The notes: a model not told the origin generated them from the letters alone. A DNA stretch of 64,000 bases from Phycisphaeraceae bacterium (GCA_963674705.1 OY771506.1:1728001-1792000), one strand, 5' to 3'. Numbered from the stretch's first letter, positions 18,980 to 29,739 are shown. Made by a program: numbers and translations.

Positions 18980-20149
18980 TCAGGCATCCGCAAGCCCATC
19001 GATCAGGCCATGCCCTTGCTCGTTACGCAGTTCGAGTGTGTACTCGCCGATCACCTGGCCTGCCTCGCGGTCACCTGTCGAAGCCAGTTTCTTGAAGCCG
19101 AAGCTCCTGCCGGTCAAAGGCAAGACATCGATCCGAGATGAATCCAAGAGCAAAACGGTATCGGTCGGTACCCACCGCGACAGGACCACCCGACAGACGC
19201 CGAAGTCGGATTCATATGTGCTGACCATGTCCCGATAGCGAGAGCTGCTCTCACTGTATCCTCTGCTGCCGGAGATGAAGCTGTTGATCCGTCGCTTCTG
19301 ATATCCACCAACCAGAATCGTGTCGATGTTGCCGGCCGACTGCTCCCAGATTAGACGCAACGCAGTGTTGAGTTGATCTTCCGTCAGTTGGTTCGATCCC
19401 GTGCCGACACCTTCAGGGAATCCATCGACTCCATTCGTGAAGATGTTGGTTTCCAGGAACGGGATGATCCCCTTCATGGTCCTTCGGGTTGAAGCATCGC
19501 CTTGGGGATTCGCTGAGGGGGCTACGCCGTTGATCACGCAGTTCTCCAGGTCGCGGATCAACTCGCGCAGGCGCTCCTGTTTCTGGTAGTCCAGCTCATC
19601 GCTTAGGCCGATCTGGTTTGCAGCCAGTTGTGAACCCGAAACCTCGACGCTTGCCGTGAAGATTTGTGTGTGGTTGGTTCGCCGTACACGGTTGGTGAAT
19701 CGTGCGCTCGGTGCATCGTCACCTTCCAGTGCCGCGTTGCCTAGAATCCTGATGGGTGAGTCATCAACCAGGCCCTCCGCTGTTGTCCCGCCATAACCAC
19801 GGATGACGGTCAGGTCGTCTGCCGCTACGTTGGTCACGAGCATGACTTCGCCGGACCCTGCGACACGGATCTGATCGCCCACTCGGAAACGATCACCGTG
19901 CCCAACCGTAAAAGTTGCTTCGGTCATCGGCGATGAAATCACCGGGTCCTGAATACTGTCAGTATTCGGAAGCAAAGAGTCTTCCAACCATTCATGCACC
20001 GTGCTGCCTGTCGATCTTTGAGGATCGCCCAAATGATCGAGTAATGGCGTTTCGAACGGGCTGATGATCCCGATGATGTCGGAAATATCTTCGACGATCT
20101 CAGGCAGGCCGGCGCCGGCAGAATAGGTGGCTTTTCCTGTAAACGACAT
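18980..20149 (-). CDS. Major capsid protein (HK97 fold, DUF5309/SU10-like)
   Basis: EDISDII..ISPFETPL, HEWLEDSL, EGDDA, NHTQIF...VSGS, YESDFG and GEYTLE motifs; follows portal and scaffold. Confidence 0.85.
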   Translation of the reverse strand: MSFTGKATYSAGAGLPEIVEDISDIIGIISPFETPLLDHLGDPQRSTGSTVHEWLEDSLLPNTDSIQDPVISSPMTEATFTVGHGDRFRVGDQIRVAGSGEVMLVTNVAADDLTVIRGYGGTTAEGLVDDSPIRILGNAALEGDDAPSARFTNRVRRTNHTQIFTASVEVSGSQLAANQIGLSDELDYQKQERLRELIRDLENCVINGVAPSANPQGDASTRRTMKGIIPFLETNIFTNGVDGFPEGVGTGSNQLTEDQLNTALRLIWEQSAGNIDTILVGGYQKRRINSFISGSRGYSESSSRYRDMVSTYESDFGVCRVVLSRWVPTDTVLLLDSSRIDVLPLTGRSFGFKKLASTGDREAGQVIGEYTLELRNEQGHGLIDGLADA

Positions 20150-20209
20150 AGTATTTGTCCTTGTTGTTAGATTTTGAGTTCAGTGGTTTGAGACGAGTAG
20201 ATCGGCCGG

Positions 20210-20740
20210 TCAATCACGGGGTCGACGCACCCTCAGGTAACGCAGCAGATCACGTCGATCACCGGTCCTTGCCGCATCCTGAGCGGCGAGTTCGGCCGGG
20301 TCGTGGCCGGGAGTTTCAATCGTTGGCGCCATCGCCGACGATCCAGCCTCCGTTCGACGACGAAACAGGTAAGGTTTGTGACGCTTCAGGTCTTTCACCG
20401 CCATCGTCACATCCGGCTCATCCATCATCAGCACCGCTTGCTCGGTCAACAGCCGCGCCGCTTCAAGGTCAACCGTGTCGGCTTCCATCAGTAGCGCATC
20501 AACCTGCTGGCGCCTTTCCAGTGCCGTGATTACCTGGTCCGCCTCGGTGAGTTTGGTTCTTAAATCACCAAGCTCCGTATTCAATTGCTCGAGCTGCTGC
20601 TCTGCTGTCTGTGCTCGTTTGCGATAGCGGATCGCTTCACTGACTGGCACAAGCTTCTCACCTCCGATCCCTGGTTGTTGTTCGTCAACAATCACACCTT
20701 TCGTTTCAGGCGAAGATGTATCTTCGATCGATTCAGTCAT
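20210..20740 (-). CDS. Capsid scaffolding protein-like
   Basis: Between portal and capsid; EAIRYRKRAQ coiled coil, LKRHKPYLF, basic C-terminal helix. Confidence 0.7.
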   Translation of the reverse strand: MTESIEDTSSPETKGVIVDEQQPGIGGEKLVPVSEAIRYRKRAQTAEQQLEQLNTELGDLRTKLTEADQVITALERRQQVDALLMEADTVDLEAARLLTEQAVLMMDEPDVTMAVKDLKRHKPYLFRRRTEAGSSAMAPTIETPGHDPAELAAQDAARTGDRRDLLRYLRVRRPRD

Positions 20741-20791
20741 ATGTCTTCCTGTGGGATTGATTGTGAACGGTGAAGTAAAGCACGCCGGTTG

Positions 20792-22264
20792 TTAAGCCGG
20801 GATCGTGTTTGGCAGTTGTGGCACAGCGCTTTCGGTGTATCCCAGTTCGGTCAGGACCTGTTCACGCGGCACGCCGACTTCCAGTTTCATCAGCGCGTTA
20901 CGCAGTAGCTGCGAATCCGTATCAGGCAAGGGTTCCGCCCAGTCGAGACGCACACCGCGTTCTTCCGGACCGTTCGGGAAGATGCCATAGACATCCGCTG
21001 CGTGAAGCACGAGTTCGCAAATGGATTCGATCCCGTGTCCATAGGTCAGCCGCTTCTTATCAACCTTGGCAAGCAGACCCATCATCACGATGCGTAGCGC
21101 GTTTTCGCTTGTCAGGTTGCCAACCTTTGCCCGCAGTAAACCAGCGGCCAGCGGACTGACCGTACTCGCTTTGTCCATCGCCTCACGGATGTCTGAGATG
21201 TGTGAATCTTCAGATGGGCTTTGTCCGTCCCCGCCGAACTCGATGATCTGCGCATCGGGATTGTCTGTCTGCCACATCTGCCCCGGCCCGACCGGACGCT
21301 CCGTGAACTTCTCGATGCCTTTACCCAGGTACATCTTGAATGACTGGAACGTTACCCGGTTGGCGCGATCCGAAAGGCGCGTGTTCAGTTCATCCTGTAG
21401 CGGGATCAAAGGCTCAACTTCGCTCAAACCTTCATAGAAGAACGGCTGTGAGAGGTTCTGGATATGGATAACCGGAACACGCCCCAACCGGTTCACACTT
21501 TCCGATACCAGCTTGCGACCGCCACCGAACACGCCCGGCCGAGCGCTGTATCGTTGATACATTTCGGTGGTCCACACCTGCGTGTCTTCGATCACCGACC
21601 GTTGCCTACGCCCCACCCCACCAAGCACGCGGTTGCGAACCCGGCTGAAGAAGTGTTTTTGTTCGACCTCTGGTGCCCATCGGCGCAGGTGAAGGGCGTA
21701 GGCATCAAGCCGGCGGTAGTCGCTCTGATTAACAATTGGGATCGCACGCGGTGCTTCGATCGAGTCCAGCACAATCCGGCCTGCATCGTCGCCTTCCACG
21801 ACACGCACCAGCACATCAACCGTGCCATAGACCGCGCCGAGCAACCCCAGGTCCTGGAAGAACCTCGCGCCACCATTGTGCTTGAATACACGACGAATAA
21901 ATGCCTGGATCTGCTCCGCCCGTTTGGGGTCACCCACTGCGCTCTGGATGATCAACGGCTTGCCGAACATGAAGCTGACAATCGTATTGATACGCCAAGC
22001 GATATCGTTCTCGATCACGACCTCACGTGCGGACCTCGCCCCGCCCGGCCCTAGGTCGTGGGGCGTGGTCAATCTTGCCGGCAATCCCTCTGCTTGTGCC
22101 AGTTTGTACCGCGGTCCAGAACGATCTGCACGAACAGGATTCCGGTAGTAGTCCCACAGCCGACGCAAACGTGGCTCGGTTTCCTTCTGATGTCTGTCAA
22201 TCAGCGAATCGAGCAAGGCCGGGGCAATGGTGGCTGGAATCGTTGCGGTTTCGGCGTGTTGCAT
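20792..22264 (-). CDS. Phage portal protein (SPP1 gp6-like)
   Basis: RLWDYY, N..W.I..IV.FMFGKP, NRLGRVPVIHIQN, GLSEVEPLIPLQDELN and TSENALR motifs. Confidence 0.88.
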   Translation of the reverse strand: MQHAETATIPATIAPALLDSLIDRHQKETEPRLRRLWDYYRNPVRADRSGPRYKLAQAEGLPARLTTPHDLGPGGARSAREVVIENDIAWRINTIVSFMFGKPLIIQSAVGDPKRAEQIQAFIRRVFKHNGGARFFQDLGLLGAVYGTVDVLVRVVEGDDAGRIVLDSIEAPRAIPIVNQSDYRRLDAYALHLRRWAPEVEQKHFFSRVRNRVLGGVGRRQRSVIEDTQVWTTEMYQRYSARPGVFGGGRKLVSESVNRLGRVPVIHIQNLSQPFFYEGLSEVEPLIPLQDELNTRLSDRANRVTFQSFKMYLGKGIEKFTERPVGPGQMWQTDNPDAQIIEFGGDGQSPSEDSHISDIREAMDKASTVSPLAAGLLRAKVGNLTSENALRIVMMGLLAKVDKKRLTYGHGIESICELVLHAADVYGIFPNGPEERGVRLDWAEPLPDTDSQLLRNALMKLEVGVPREQVLTELGYTESAVPQLPNTIPA

Positions 22265-22304
22265 AATTGGCGGTACTCACAGGGTTGCTTCGTCGCGGCC
22301 AAGG

Positions 22305-22318
22305 GCATCATGCGTGCC
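22305..22318 (-). promoter_or_regulatory. Candidate sigma-54 promoter for the portal-capsid operon
   Basis: Minus strand GGCACGCATGATGC = GG-N10-GC with GGCACG, 40 nt upstream of the portal ATG. Confidence 0.5.
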
Positions 22319-22522
22319 CCACACCCTTGGCGAATCGCCTGCTTTTGAGCGCATGAAGACAGCGGGTAATGAGGGGGCCTGCTAATAAACCTCGTGATGA
22401 TCCCGTACAAGCGATTTGAGATACGCCACCAATAAGGTAAGGAAAATGTTAGGTATTGTGCGCATCAAATTGGCTATTTCGGAGTTGCATTTGAGGTCGA
22501 GTGGTGATTAAATGTGCGTAGT

Positions 22523-24130
22523 ATGGGCCGCGCTGAACAAGAATTAGTCATCTTGGAACAGATCAGCCAAATCCTTGGCGATGGTCTTGAGCTGAGCCAA
22601 GTCTTTCAACGCGCTATGGCGTTGCTGAGCGATCGGCTGCATATCCAGCGTGCAGCACTTGTTTTATGGGATCAGGCAACAGATCAGCTTCGCACGGTCG
22701 CCAGCATCGGGCTTAGTCCCGATGAGCAGAAACGGGGGCGTTACGCGATCGGCGAAGGGGTCACCGGACAGGTGCTGGCTACCGGTGAGCCCGCTATTAT
22801 CCCGGATGTCCTCAAGCACCCCGAGTTCCTCAACCGCACCGGAAGCCGGAACAAGGTCGCTCAAGAGAATCCCAACACCAAGATCAGCTTCATCTGCGTC
22901 CCCGTCCGTGATGGCGGGCAGACCGTCGGTACGATCAGCATCGATAAACCCTACATCGATGAAGAACTCCTGCATTCCGACGCCAGGCTGCTGACCATCA
23001 TTGCCGGCTCGATCGCCCAGACGATACGTATCCACGACCTGATACAGGTTGAAAAAGATCAATGGCTGGAAGAAACCCAGCAACTGCGCGACAACCTTCG
23101 CGGTAAGTACAAGTTCGACAACATCATCGGCTCCAGCCCGGCGATGTTGGATGTGCTCGCCACCATCGGCCAGGTCGCCAGCAGCCGCGCCACCGTCCTG
23201 CTCCTGGGCGAGACCGGCTGCGGTAAGGAACTGATTGCCAAAGCGATCCATTACAACTCACCACGCGCCGACCAACCTTTGGTACGGGTTAACTGCGGCG
23301 CTTTATCCCCGCAATTGCTCGAATCTGAATTGTTCGGCCACGTCAAAGGCGCCTTCACCGGTGCGGTCAAAGACAAGATAGGCCGATTCGAAGCCGCCGA
23401 CACCGGCACGATATTCCTCGATGAAGTCGGCACGCTCGATCCGCAATTGCAGGTCAAGCTGCTGCGCGTTCTGCAGGAACGTGAGTTCGAACGCGTCGGT
23501 GACCACCGCACCATCCAGGTCGATGCCCGTGTGATCGCTGCCACTAACCTCGACCTTGAAGAAGAATGCCGAAAGGGCAACTTCCGCGAGGACCTTTACT
23601 ATCGGCTCAACGTCGTGCAGATCAACCTGCCGCCGCTGCGTAAAAGACGCGAAGACATCCCCAGGCTCATCGACTTCTTCCTCGATAAGTACAACGATGA
23701 AAACCAACGCAACCTGCGCAAGATCAACCGCGAAACGCTCAACACACTCTTGCGTTATCCCTGGCCGGGCAACGTCCGTGAACTGGAAAACGCGATGGAA
23801 CGAGCCGTCGTTCTTTCGACCGGCGAAGAATTTTCCGACGATTTGCTGCCGCTGCAGATCCGCTTGTTCTCCAAACAAACACGCGGCGAAACCACCGATG
23901 CCTCGATCGAATCACTCGCGGCAAGGCTCGCTGAGCATGCCGTCAATGAGTATCAGACCTGCGAGGGCGAGGTCTACGACATCGTGATCGGTGAAATCGA
24001 AAAGCAGCTTATCCGAGAGGCGCTGGACTACAACAACGGCGTCAAGGTGCGCACCGCAGACTTCCTCGGCATCAACCGCAATACATTAAATAAAAAGGTT
24101 AAAGACCTCGGCATTGATCCCGAGGGTTGA
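22523..24130 (+). CDS. NifA-like sigma-54 enhancer-binding protein (GAF-AAA+-Fis HTH)
   Basis: GAF domain (GEGVTG), [41 protein letters not shown]. Confidence 0.92.
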   Translation: MGRAEQELVILEQISQILGDGLELSQVFQRAMALLSDRLHIQRAALVLWDQATDQLRTVASIGLSPDEQKRGRYAIGEGVTGQVLATGEPAIIPDVLKHPEFLNRTGSRNKVAQENPNTKISFICVPVRDGGQTVGTISIDKPYIDEELLHSDARLLTIIAGSIAQTIRIHDLIQVEKDQWLEETQQLRDNLRGKYKFDNIIGSSPAMLDVLATIGQVASSRATVLLLGETGCGKELIAKAIHYNSPRADQPLVRVNCGALSPQLLESELFGHVKGAFTGAVKDKIGRFEAADTGTIFLDEVGTLDPQLQVKLLRVLQEREFERVGDHRTIQVDARVIAATNLDLEEECRKGNFREDLYYRLNVVQINLPPLRKRREDIPRLIDFFLDKYNDENQRNLRKINRETLNTLLRYPWPGNVRELENAMERAVVLSTGEEFSDDLLPLQIRLFSKQTRGETTDASIESLAARLAEHAVNEYQTCEGEVYDIVIGEIEKQLIREALDYNNGVKVRTADFLGINRNTLNKKVKDLGIDPEG

Positions 24131-24131
24131 C

Positions 24132-24803
24132 CTAGGCCGCCCGGCGTCGGCGTGATCGGCTGGATCGTCGATGATCCTGACTCACCGGCTGGAAGCGCAG
24201 CTGGCCGTTTCTTTTACTGACCACGGAGTGGCCGCGCCGGTCGTGACGCGACTTACGCCGCCTGATCCGTTGATATTGTGTCGTAATCGACTTGGTCGGG
24301 AAGTAACCGAGGAAACTCGCCACCAGACCCATGGCTATCCCGCCGATCAGCATCGGCACGTACAGACCCGAGCCCATGCTGTACATGTTGTGAAACGCAC
24401 TGAATACCGAGGACACCGTGAAGAATGAATTCTCACTCCCATGGATCGTCGTACTCAATTCTGTGAAGCTGATTTCCGGATGAGCGTACCAGAACGGCCG
24501 ACCGATGAAGTACGCCATCGCATACAACGGCCCCATCGTGATCGGATTGGTTACCCACACGCTCGCGATCGCTGCCGGCCGGGATGCGTTGAACATCCAT
24601 GCGATCACCAGCGCCAGACCCATCTGGAATCCGATCGTCGGCAGGAATGCGACAAACAATCCGATGGATACGCCCAATGCGATCCGTCTCGGGCTTGTGT
24701 GCAATGGAAACGCCAGTCGTAGCCGCCTCTGGTATTCCCATAGATAACCACCACCGGACCGGCCTGGTGCCTGCGCCATATTCTGGGGGTGATTCCCTGG
24801 CAT
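24132..24803 (-). CDS. DUF2062-family membrane protein
   Basis: SPRRIALGVSIGLF..F.P..G, WVTNP.T. Confidence 0.75.
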   Translation of the reverse strand: MPGNHPQNMAQAPGRSGGGYLWEYQRRLRLAFPLHTSPRRIALGVSIGLFVAFLPTIGFQMGLALVIAWMFNASRPAAIASVWVTNPITMGPLYAMAYFIGRPFWYAHPEISFTELSTTIHGSENSFFTVSSVFSAFHNMYSMGSGLYVPMLIGGIAMGLVASFLGYFPTKSITTQYQRIRRRKSRHDRRGHSVVSKRNGQLRFQPVSQDHRRSSRSRRRRAA

Positions 24804-24954
24804 ATATCACGCTATCGGCAGGCTGATGCCGGTACTTATGAACTCGCCAGTCGAGAAAATGCGGTCTATCAACATACTCTCAACTAATACCGTTATCCGG
24901 ACACGCTCTAACCGGATCATGACATCCTCACTTTCAACTGTTTATCATGATCAC

Positions 24955-25428
24955 ATGTCTCACCTTTCACGTCAGAACGAGGCCCGGCGTCTTATCGAGA
25001 TCTATGGTCGGGATGATCAACGCCCCATCATGGACGTGATCGAACGCCAGTTCATGGTTCTGCACCACCGCTCGCAGGTTTTGCTGGGTTTGACCGGCAT
25101 CGTCATCACCACCACCGGCTTCTCCGGCAGGCTGATTGCGGGGACCAACGACCTCGCTAAGTGGTTGATTATCTCAGGTGTTATCCTCGTTATGGTCGCC
25201 GCCACTACCGTCTGTTTCGGCGTCCTGCACCTGCGCTGGTTGACCCAGCAGCCCGGTGATGAGCTTGATCACTGGCTGGATCGAGCCCTTGAATATCGCG
25301 ATCGAAAAACCCGTTTCTATCGGGCTGGGATTGTCATCACCATGATCGGCCTGACGCTCTACGTCGGCTCGATCTTCATCATGCTGCTCTTTCCCCATGA
25401 CTTTCCCGGGATTACCTCTGTCCGCTAG
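24955..25428 (+). CDS. Hypothetical membrane protein (3 TM)
   Basis: Three hydrophobic segments; start placed at ATG 24955. Confidence 0.6.
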   Translation: MSHLSRQNEARRLIEIYGRDDQRPIMDVIERQFMVLHHRSQVLLGLTGIVITTTGFSGRLIAGTNDLAKWLIISGVILVMVAATTVCFGVLHLRWLTQQPGDELDHWLDRALEYRDRKTRFYRAGIVITMIGLTLYVGSIFIMLLFPHDFPGITSVR

Positions 25429-25504
25429 CCGCGAACCGCGTTCAGCGTCCGATACAATATCTTGTCCTAACAGGATTTGTCGGTATCAGCCCCCCTTATA
25501 AGGT

Positions 25505-25533
25505 TTGACACCGCCCGGGGGCCCTGTTAGCTT
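25505..25533 (+). promoter_or_regulatory. Candidate sigma-70 promoter
   Basis: TTGACA-N17-TAGCTT upstream of ORF 25605. Confidence 0.45.
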
Positions 25534-25604
25534 TACCTATCAGTACGGGTGCTCCCTCCGCACCCGCTCGATCCCTACGATACACGCCGCCTGAGAGGAC
25601 CCTG

Positions 25605-26657
25605 ATGCGAATCCGACGATGCCCCTTTTGGCTCCTGACGGTGCTTTGGGTAGTCATTTGTGGAATTGGTGGGCAGACGCTGTTCGCTCAGGAGTCGATC
25701 CCCCAAGACATCATGGGCGCTCAGACACTGTCTGACTCAAACAAGGATACCATCAACCGTTTTCTTGATTACTGGGTCATGCGCCTGCAAAGTGATGAAG
25801 CGTCGGAAGTCGCAGAAGCCCGCGCCGCTTTGATCGCTCCGATGTCCTTTGGCTCGCAAGCTTTTCTGGATTACTACCGACCGAATCTTGCCAAGCGTGT
25901 CATCCCGTTGATCGGCCCGGACAACCAGTTGATGACACGGCTCAATGTCGCCATTATCAGCGCCAAACTAACGGGCAACGAGCTGGTCGCCCTGCTTCAG
26001 GCCAGCGCCAATGACGAAAGCCCCGCGGTCCGCTACTGGATCGCCAAGTCCGTCGGTGAAGCCGCTAAGGCCAAAGCGTTCGATCAGACGCAACAGCAAG
26101 CCGTACTCACAGTCCTCGCCGATCGCCTTAAGGCCGAAGATTCCTCGTTAGTGCTGGAACAGATCCTGGTCGCACTGGCTGAGATTCAACTGCCCCAGGC
26201 AATCACGACCATCCTCGAAGGTCTGGACGCCCGCGTTGCTTTCCATCAGGCCAACCCGGACGCCCGCTACAAGCCCGTGCAGAACGGCATGCAGCAGCTT
26301 TGGAGCAAGCTCATCGCGCTCCGCACCAATGGGCAGAACGTCACCAAGGACCTGCACGAACTCGGCCGAATCGCTTACCGCTACTACTCACTGATTGCGG
26401 ATCAGATGCCGGATTATGAAAACCCCCAGGAAGGCGACACCGCTGCTGAGCTGATGAAAGACGACAAGGCCCAGATGGCGCGACGCTGCTTCCAAGTCAT
26501 GGAATACGTCGTCACCGATGTCGCTAATGGTGTCGCACCCCAATTGATCAATACCAATGTCGCCGCCGAACTGACCGTTTCCCGCGACCGTTGGCGCGAT
26601 ATCTTCATGGCCTCGCCGTTCAACTTCAACGAGAAGCAGCTATCGGTAACCGAGTAA
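25605..26657 (+). CDS. Exported HEAT-repeat-like helical protein
   Basis: Signal peptide; DESPAVRYWIAKSVG HEAT-like unit. Confidence 0.6.
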   Translation: MRIRRCPFWLLTVLWVVICGIGGQTLFAQESIPQDIMGAQTLSDSNKDTINRFLDYWVMRLQSDEASEVAEARAALIAPMSFGSQAFLDYYRPNLAKRVIPLIGPDNQLMTRLNVAIISAKLTGNELVALLQASANDESPAVRYWIAKSVGEAAKAKAFDQTQQQAVLTVLADRLKAEDSSLVLEQILVALAEIQLPQAITTILEGLDARVAFHQANPDARYKPVQNGMQQLWSKLIALRTNGQNVTKDLHELGRIAYRYYSLIADQMPDYENPQEGDTAAELMKDDKAQMARRCFQVMEYVVTDVANGVAPQLINTNVAAELTVSRDRWRDIFMASPFNFNEKQLSVTE

Positions 26658-26704
26658 CATCTGCCGGAACAATTGCTTAGATTTAATGTTGGATACTTCG
26701 GGAC

Positions 26705-27109
26705 TTACAGCCCCATCCCCGGCCCGGCTGCGCCGCCCTGTTGCCCTTGGCTGGTCACGCCCACTGCTTCCGCTGCCGTGCTCTGGCCGTACATCGCATC
26801 ATCCAGCTCGCGGACCAGGTCCACGTAATCCATCTGAGCCAATTGGAACTCCCGAAGCACCAGGTTGTGCACCACCGCGTTCTGTAGCTCCTGCATCTTA
26901 TGCTTATCAGAGACCTCGATCGGCTGACCCATCATCTCCTTCTCCGCGATCGCATGCAGGTGGCGGTTCAGGTCGTTCAGGGCCCGCTGAGCCTCGGTAT
27001 CTTCACGGAGCTTCTTCACCGCCGATTCGAGCCGGCTGACCTTGGGATGGTCGTTCAGCATCTTGCCCAACTCTTTCGCGGCCTTGATTACTTGCTCGTC
27101 GTTTGCCAT
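26705..27109 (-). CDS. YlbF/YmcA (Com_YlbF) family protein
   Basis: AKELGKML..HP...helical pattern and size typical of the family. Confidence 0.65.
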   Translation of the reverse strand: MANDEQVIKAAKELGKMLNDHPKVSRLESAVKKLREDTEAQRALNDLNRHLHAIAEKEMMGQPIEVSDKHKMQELQNAVVHNLVLREFQLAQMDYVDLVRELDDAMYGQSTAAEAVGVTSQGQQGGAAGPGMGL

Positions 27110-27240
27110 CGGTTCCTCACTTATCGTTTCTATCATCAAAAGTTGATCTACGTTAGCATAGCTTGCCCGGGCCTATGATGCTCGGAGAAAGAAAAACAAC
27201 CACGGCAAGACATCGAATCCTGCCGATACCTGAAATAACC

Positions 27241-29598
27241 ATGTCCGACCGATATACCAGTACGATCCTTCGGCACATCGCCGATTCCCGCTACGAACCA
27301 CGCACCCTCCGCCAGCTCGCAAAAGACCTCGGCGTCGAGGATTCGGAGTTCGAGCAGTTCAAAGCCGCCGCCGAAGCCCTGCTCGAGGACGGCGGCGTTA
27401 TCCTCGGCTCGGCCGACACCATCGCCCTGCCACCGCCCGGCAAGGAAATGGTCGGCGTGTTCCGCGCCCATGAAAAAGGCTTCGGCTTCCTGCAGCCCGA
27501 CCAACTCACGCAGCACGGCGACCTGTTCATCCCCCCAGGCGCGACGCGCGATGCTATGAACGGCGACCGCGTCCGCGCCAAGGTCATCCACGAGAAACGC
27601 CGCGCCGGCACGGGTAAGTCACCCTTCGTCGGCCGTATCATCGAAGTTCTGCAACGCTCCGATCAGCAATACGTCGGCACGTTGCTCAAACGCGGTAAGC
27701 TGCATGTCGTGCAGGTCGACGGCCGACTCATGAGCGAGCCCGTCATCATCCGCGACCCGACCGTCAAGAACGCACGCGTCGGCGATAAGGTCGTCATCGA
27801 AATCGTTGAGTATCCACGTGACCGTAACGACGTCGCTGAAGGCGTCATCACCGAAGTGCTCGGGCCCGGCGGTGAACCTGAAATCGAAACGCGCTCCGTC
27901 ATCCGTGCGTTTGGCCTCGCTGAAAAGTTCCCACCCGAAGTCCTCGCCGAAGCCCGCAGTGTCTCACAGGCATTCGATCCCGACATCATTCCCGACGATC
28001 GTGAAGATCTGACCGATGTCCTGACGATCACGATCGATCCGCCAACTGCCAAGGATTACGACGACGCGATCTCTATCCGTCCGTGTAAGCATGGCAAGGA
28101 AGACGCGATCGAACTCGGTGTCCACATCGCCGACGTCGCGTACTTCGTCAAGCCCGGTTCCGCGCTCGATAAAGAAGCGTATGACCGAGGCAACAGCACG
28201 TACTTGCCGCGCCTGGTCGTACCGATGCTTCCCGAAGTATTAAGCAACGGTGTCTGCTCGTTGCAGGAAGGCGTCAACCGTTACGCCAAGAGCTGCTTCA
28301 TCAAGTACGATCAGGATGGCAAAGTCCTCAGTGAACGTTTCGCACGTTCCGTCATCCAGTCCAACAAACGTCTGACCTATCTCGAAGCACAGGCTTTGAT
28401 CGATGGCAACCTGCGCGAAGCACGCAAACACGCCAAGACCGAGCCGAAGTATCCCAAGCCCGTTGTCGCGGCGCTATTACAGATGAACGACCTGGCCAAG
28501 CGCATCCGGGAGCGCCGGCTCGAACAAGGCATGATCGTGCTGGGCTTACCTGAAGTCGAACTGATCTTTGATGACTCGGGCCGTGTCGTAGACGCCGAAC
28601 CAGAAGATGAGGCGTTCACACACACGCTTATCGAGATGTTCATGGTCGAGGCTAACGAAGCTGCAGCACGTCTGTTTGATAGTGCGGATGTGCCCATGAT
28701 CCGTCGCATCCACCCGGACCCCGATGCGCACGGCATCGACGACTTGCGCATGTTCGCACGTGTCGCCGGCTACAACATCCCCGCACGACCAAGTCGCAAA
28801 CAATTACAGACGCTGCTGCAAGCCGTGCAAGGCAAAACCGCGCAACGCTCGGTGAATATGGCAGTACTGCGTACGCTCAGCAAGGCCGAGTATTCCCCGA
28901 TGCTCATCGGGCACTTCGCCCTGGCTAGCGAACACTACACGCACTTCACCAGCCCGATCCGCCGATACCCGGACCTCGTCGTGCACCGCGGTATTGACGC
29001 CTACCTGAGAACTGCTGCTTCTATTACCGGCAAACGCCCGACCAATCGTAAGATCGGCAATCGCCTGATGGATGATGCGCTGGTCCCCGACGAGATGGCG
29101 CTACGCGAACTTGGCCGACATTGCTCCGCCACCGAGCGTAACTCCGAAAGCGCTGAACGCGAACTGCGTAACTATCTCGTGCTCGAACTACTCGCTGACC
29201 ACATCGGTGAAGACTACGGCGGCACCGTGACAGGCGTCACGGGTAACGGCGTTTACATTCAGATCGATAAGTACCTCGTCGACGGCTTCGTCCGCAGCAA
29301 CGACCTGCCCGGCGGCGCTAACGACCGATGGCAACTCAACCCCAAGACCGGCGCGCTGGTCGCCCAACGCTCCGGCCACGCCGTCACCATCGGCAACACC
29401 TTCACCGTCCGTGTCGCCGCCGTCGACCTCGGCCGCCGCGTTATGGAACTCGTTGTCCTCGCCGACCATCCTGCTGGCAAAGTCAAACATCGGAAACTCT
29501 CCCAAGGCAAAGCCAAGGCCGCGACCCGTACGTCGAAGTTGAAAAACAAACGCAACCAGACCAAACGAGCCTCAGGTCGTAAAGGACGAAGAAGGTAA
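27241..29598 (+). CDS. rnr: Ribonuclease R
   Basis: GFGF cold-shock domain, TIDPPTAKDYDDAIS, HFTSPIRRYPDL, S1 domain, basic tail. Confidence 0.93.
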   Translation: MSDRYTSTILRHIADSRYEPRTLRQLAKDLGVEDSEFEQFKAAAEALLEDGGVILGSADTIALPPPGKEMVGVFRAHEKGFGFLQPDQLTQHGDLFIPPGATRDAMNGDRVRAKVIHEKRRAGTGKSPFVGRIIEVLQRSDQQYVGTLLKRGKLHVVQVDGRLMSEPVIIRDPTVKNARVGDKVVIEIVEYPRDRNDVAEGVITEVLGPGGEPEIETRSVIRAFGLAEKFPPEVLAEARSVSQAFDPDIIPDDREDLTDVLTITIDPPTAKDYDDAISIRPCKHGKEDAIELGVHIADVAYFVKPGSALDKEAYDRGNSTYLPRLVVPMLPEVLSNGVCSLQEGVNRYAKSCFIKYDQDGKVLSERFARSVIQSNKRLTYLEAQALIDGNLREARKHAKTEPKYPKPVVAALLQMNDLAKRIRERRLEQGMIVLGLPEVELIFDDSGRVVDAEPEDEAFTHTLIEMFMVEANEAAARLFDSADVPMIRRIHPDPDAHGIDDLRMFARVAGYNIPARPSRKQLQTLLQAVQGKTAQRSVNMAVLRTLSKAEYSPMLIGHFALASEHYTHFTSPIRRYPDLVVHRGIDAYLRTAASITGKRPTNRKIGNRLMDDALVPDEMALRELGRHCSATERNSESAERELRNYLVLELLADHIGEDYGGTVTGVTGNGVYIQIDKYLVDGFVRSNDLPGGANDRWQLNPKTGALVAQRSGHAVTIGNTFTVRVAAVDLGRRVMELVVLADHPAGKVKHRKLSQGKAKAATRTSKLKNKRNQTKRASGRKGRRR

Positions 29599-29600
29599 TG

Positions 29601-29734
29601 TGGGTCTGGGGTCTGGGGACTGGTCAGAACTAAAAGCATACGATTTATGCCATCAAAAGCGCTATCATTGGATTACTATTATGATTGACCGATCATTGAT
29701 CGGCTTTCCGACTATACCCTAAACCCTACACCCT
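29601..29734. repeat. Opposed short heptamer arrays (GGGTCTG-like / CCCTACA-like)
   Basis: tgggtctggggtctgggg at about 29601 and accctaaaccctacaccct at about 29716. Confidence 0.4.
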
Positions 29735-29739
29735 CCCCG

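Noticed and set aside
18980..20149. Encapsulin nanocompartment
   Set aside because: The adjacent portal and scaffold, plus a terminase in the window, indicate a DNA-packaging head.
22523..24130. nifA and nitrogen fixation
   Set aside because: Domain architecture only; no nif genes in the window, so no symbol was assigned.
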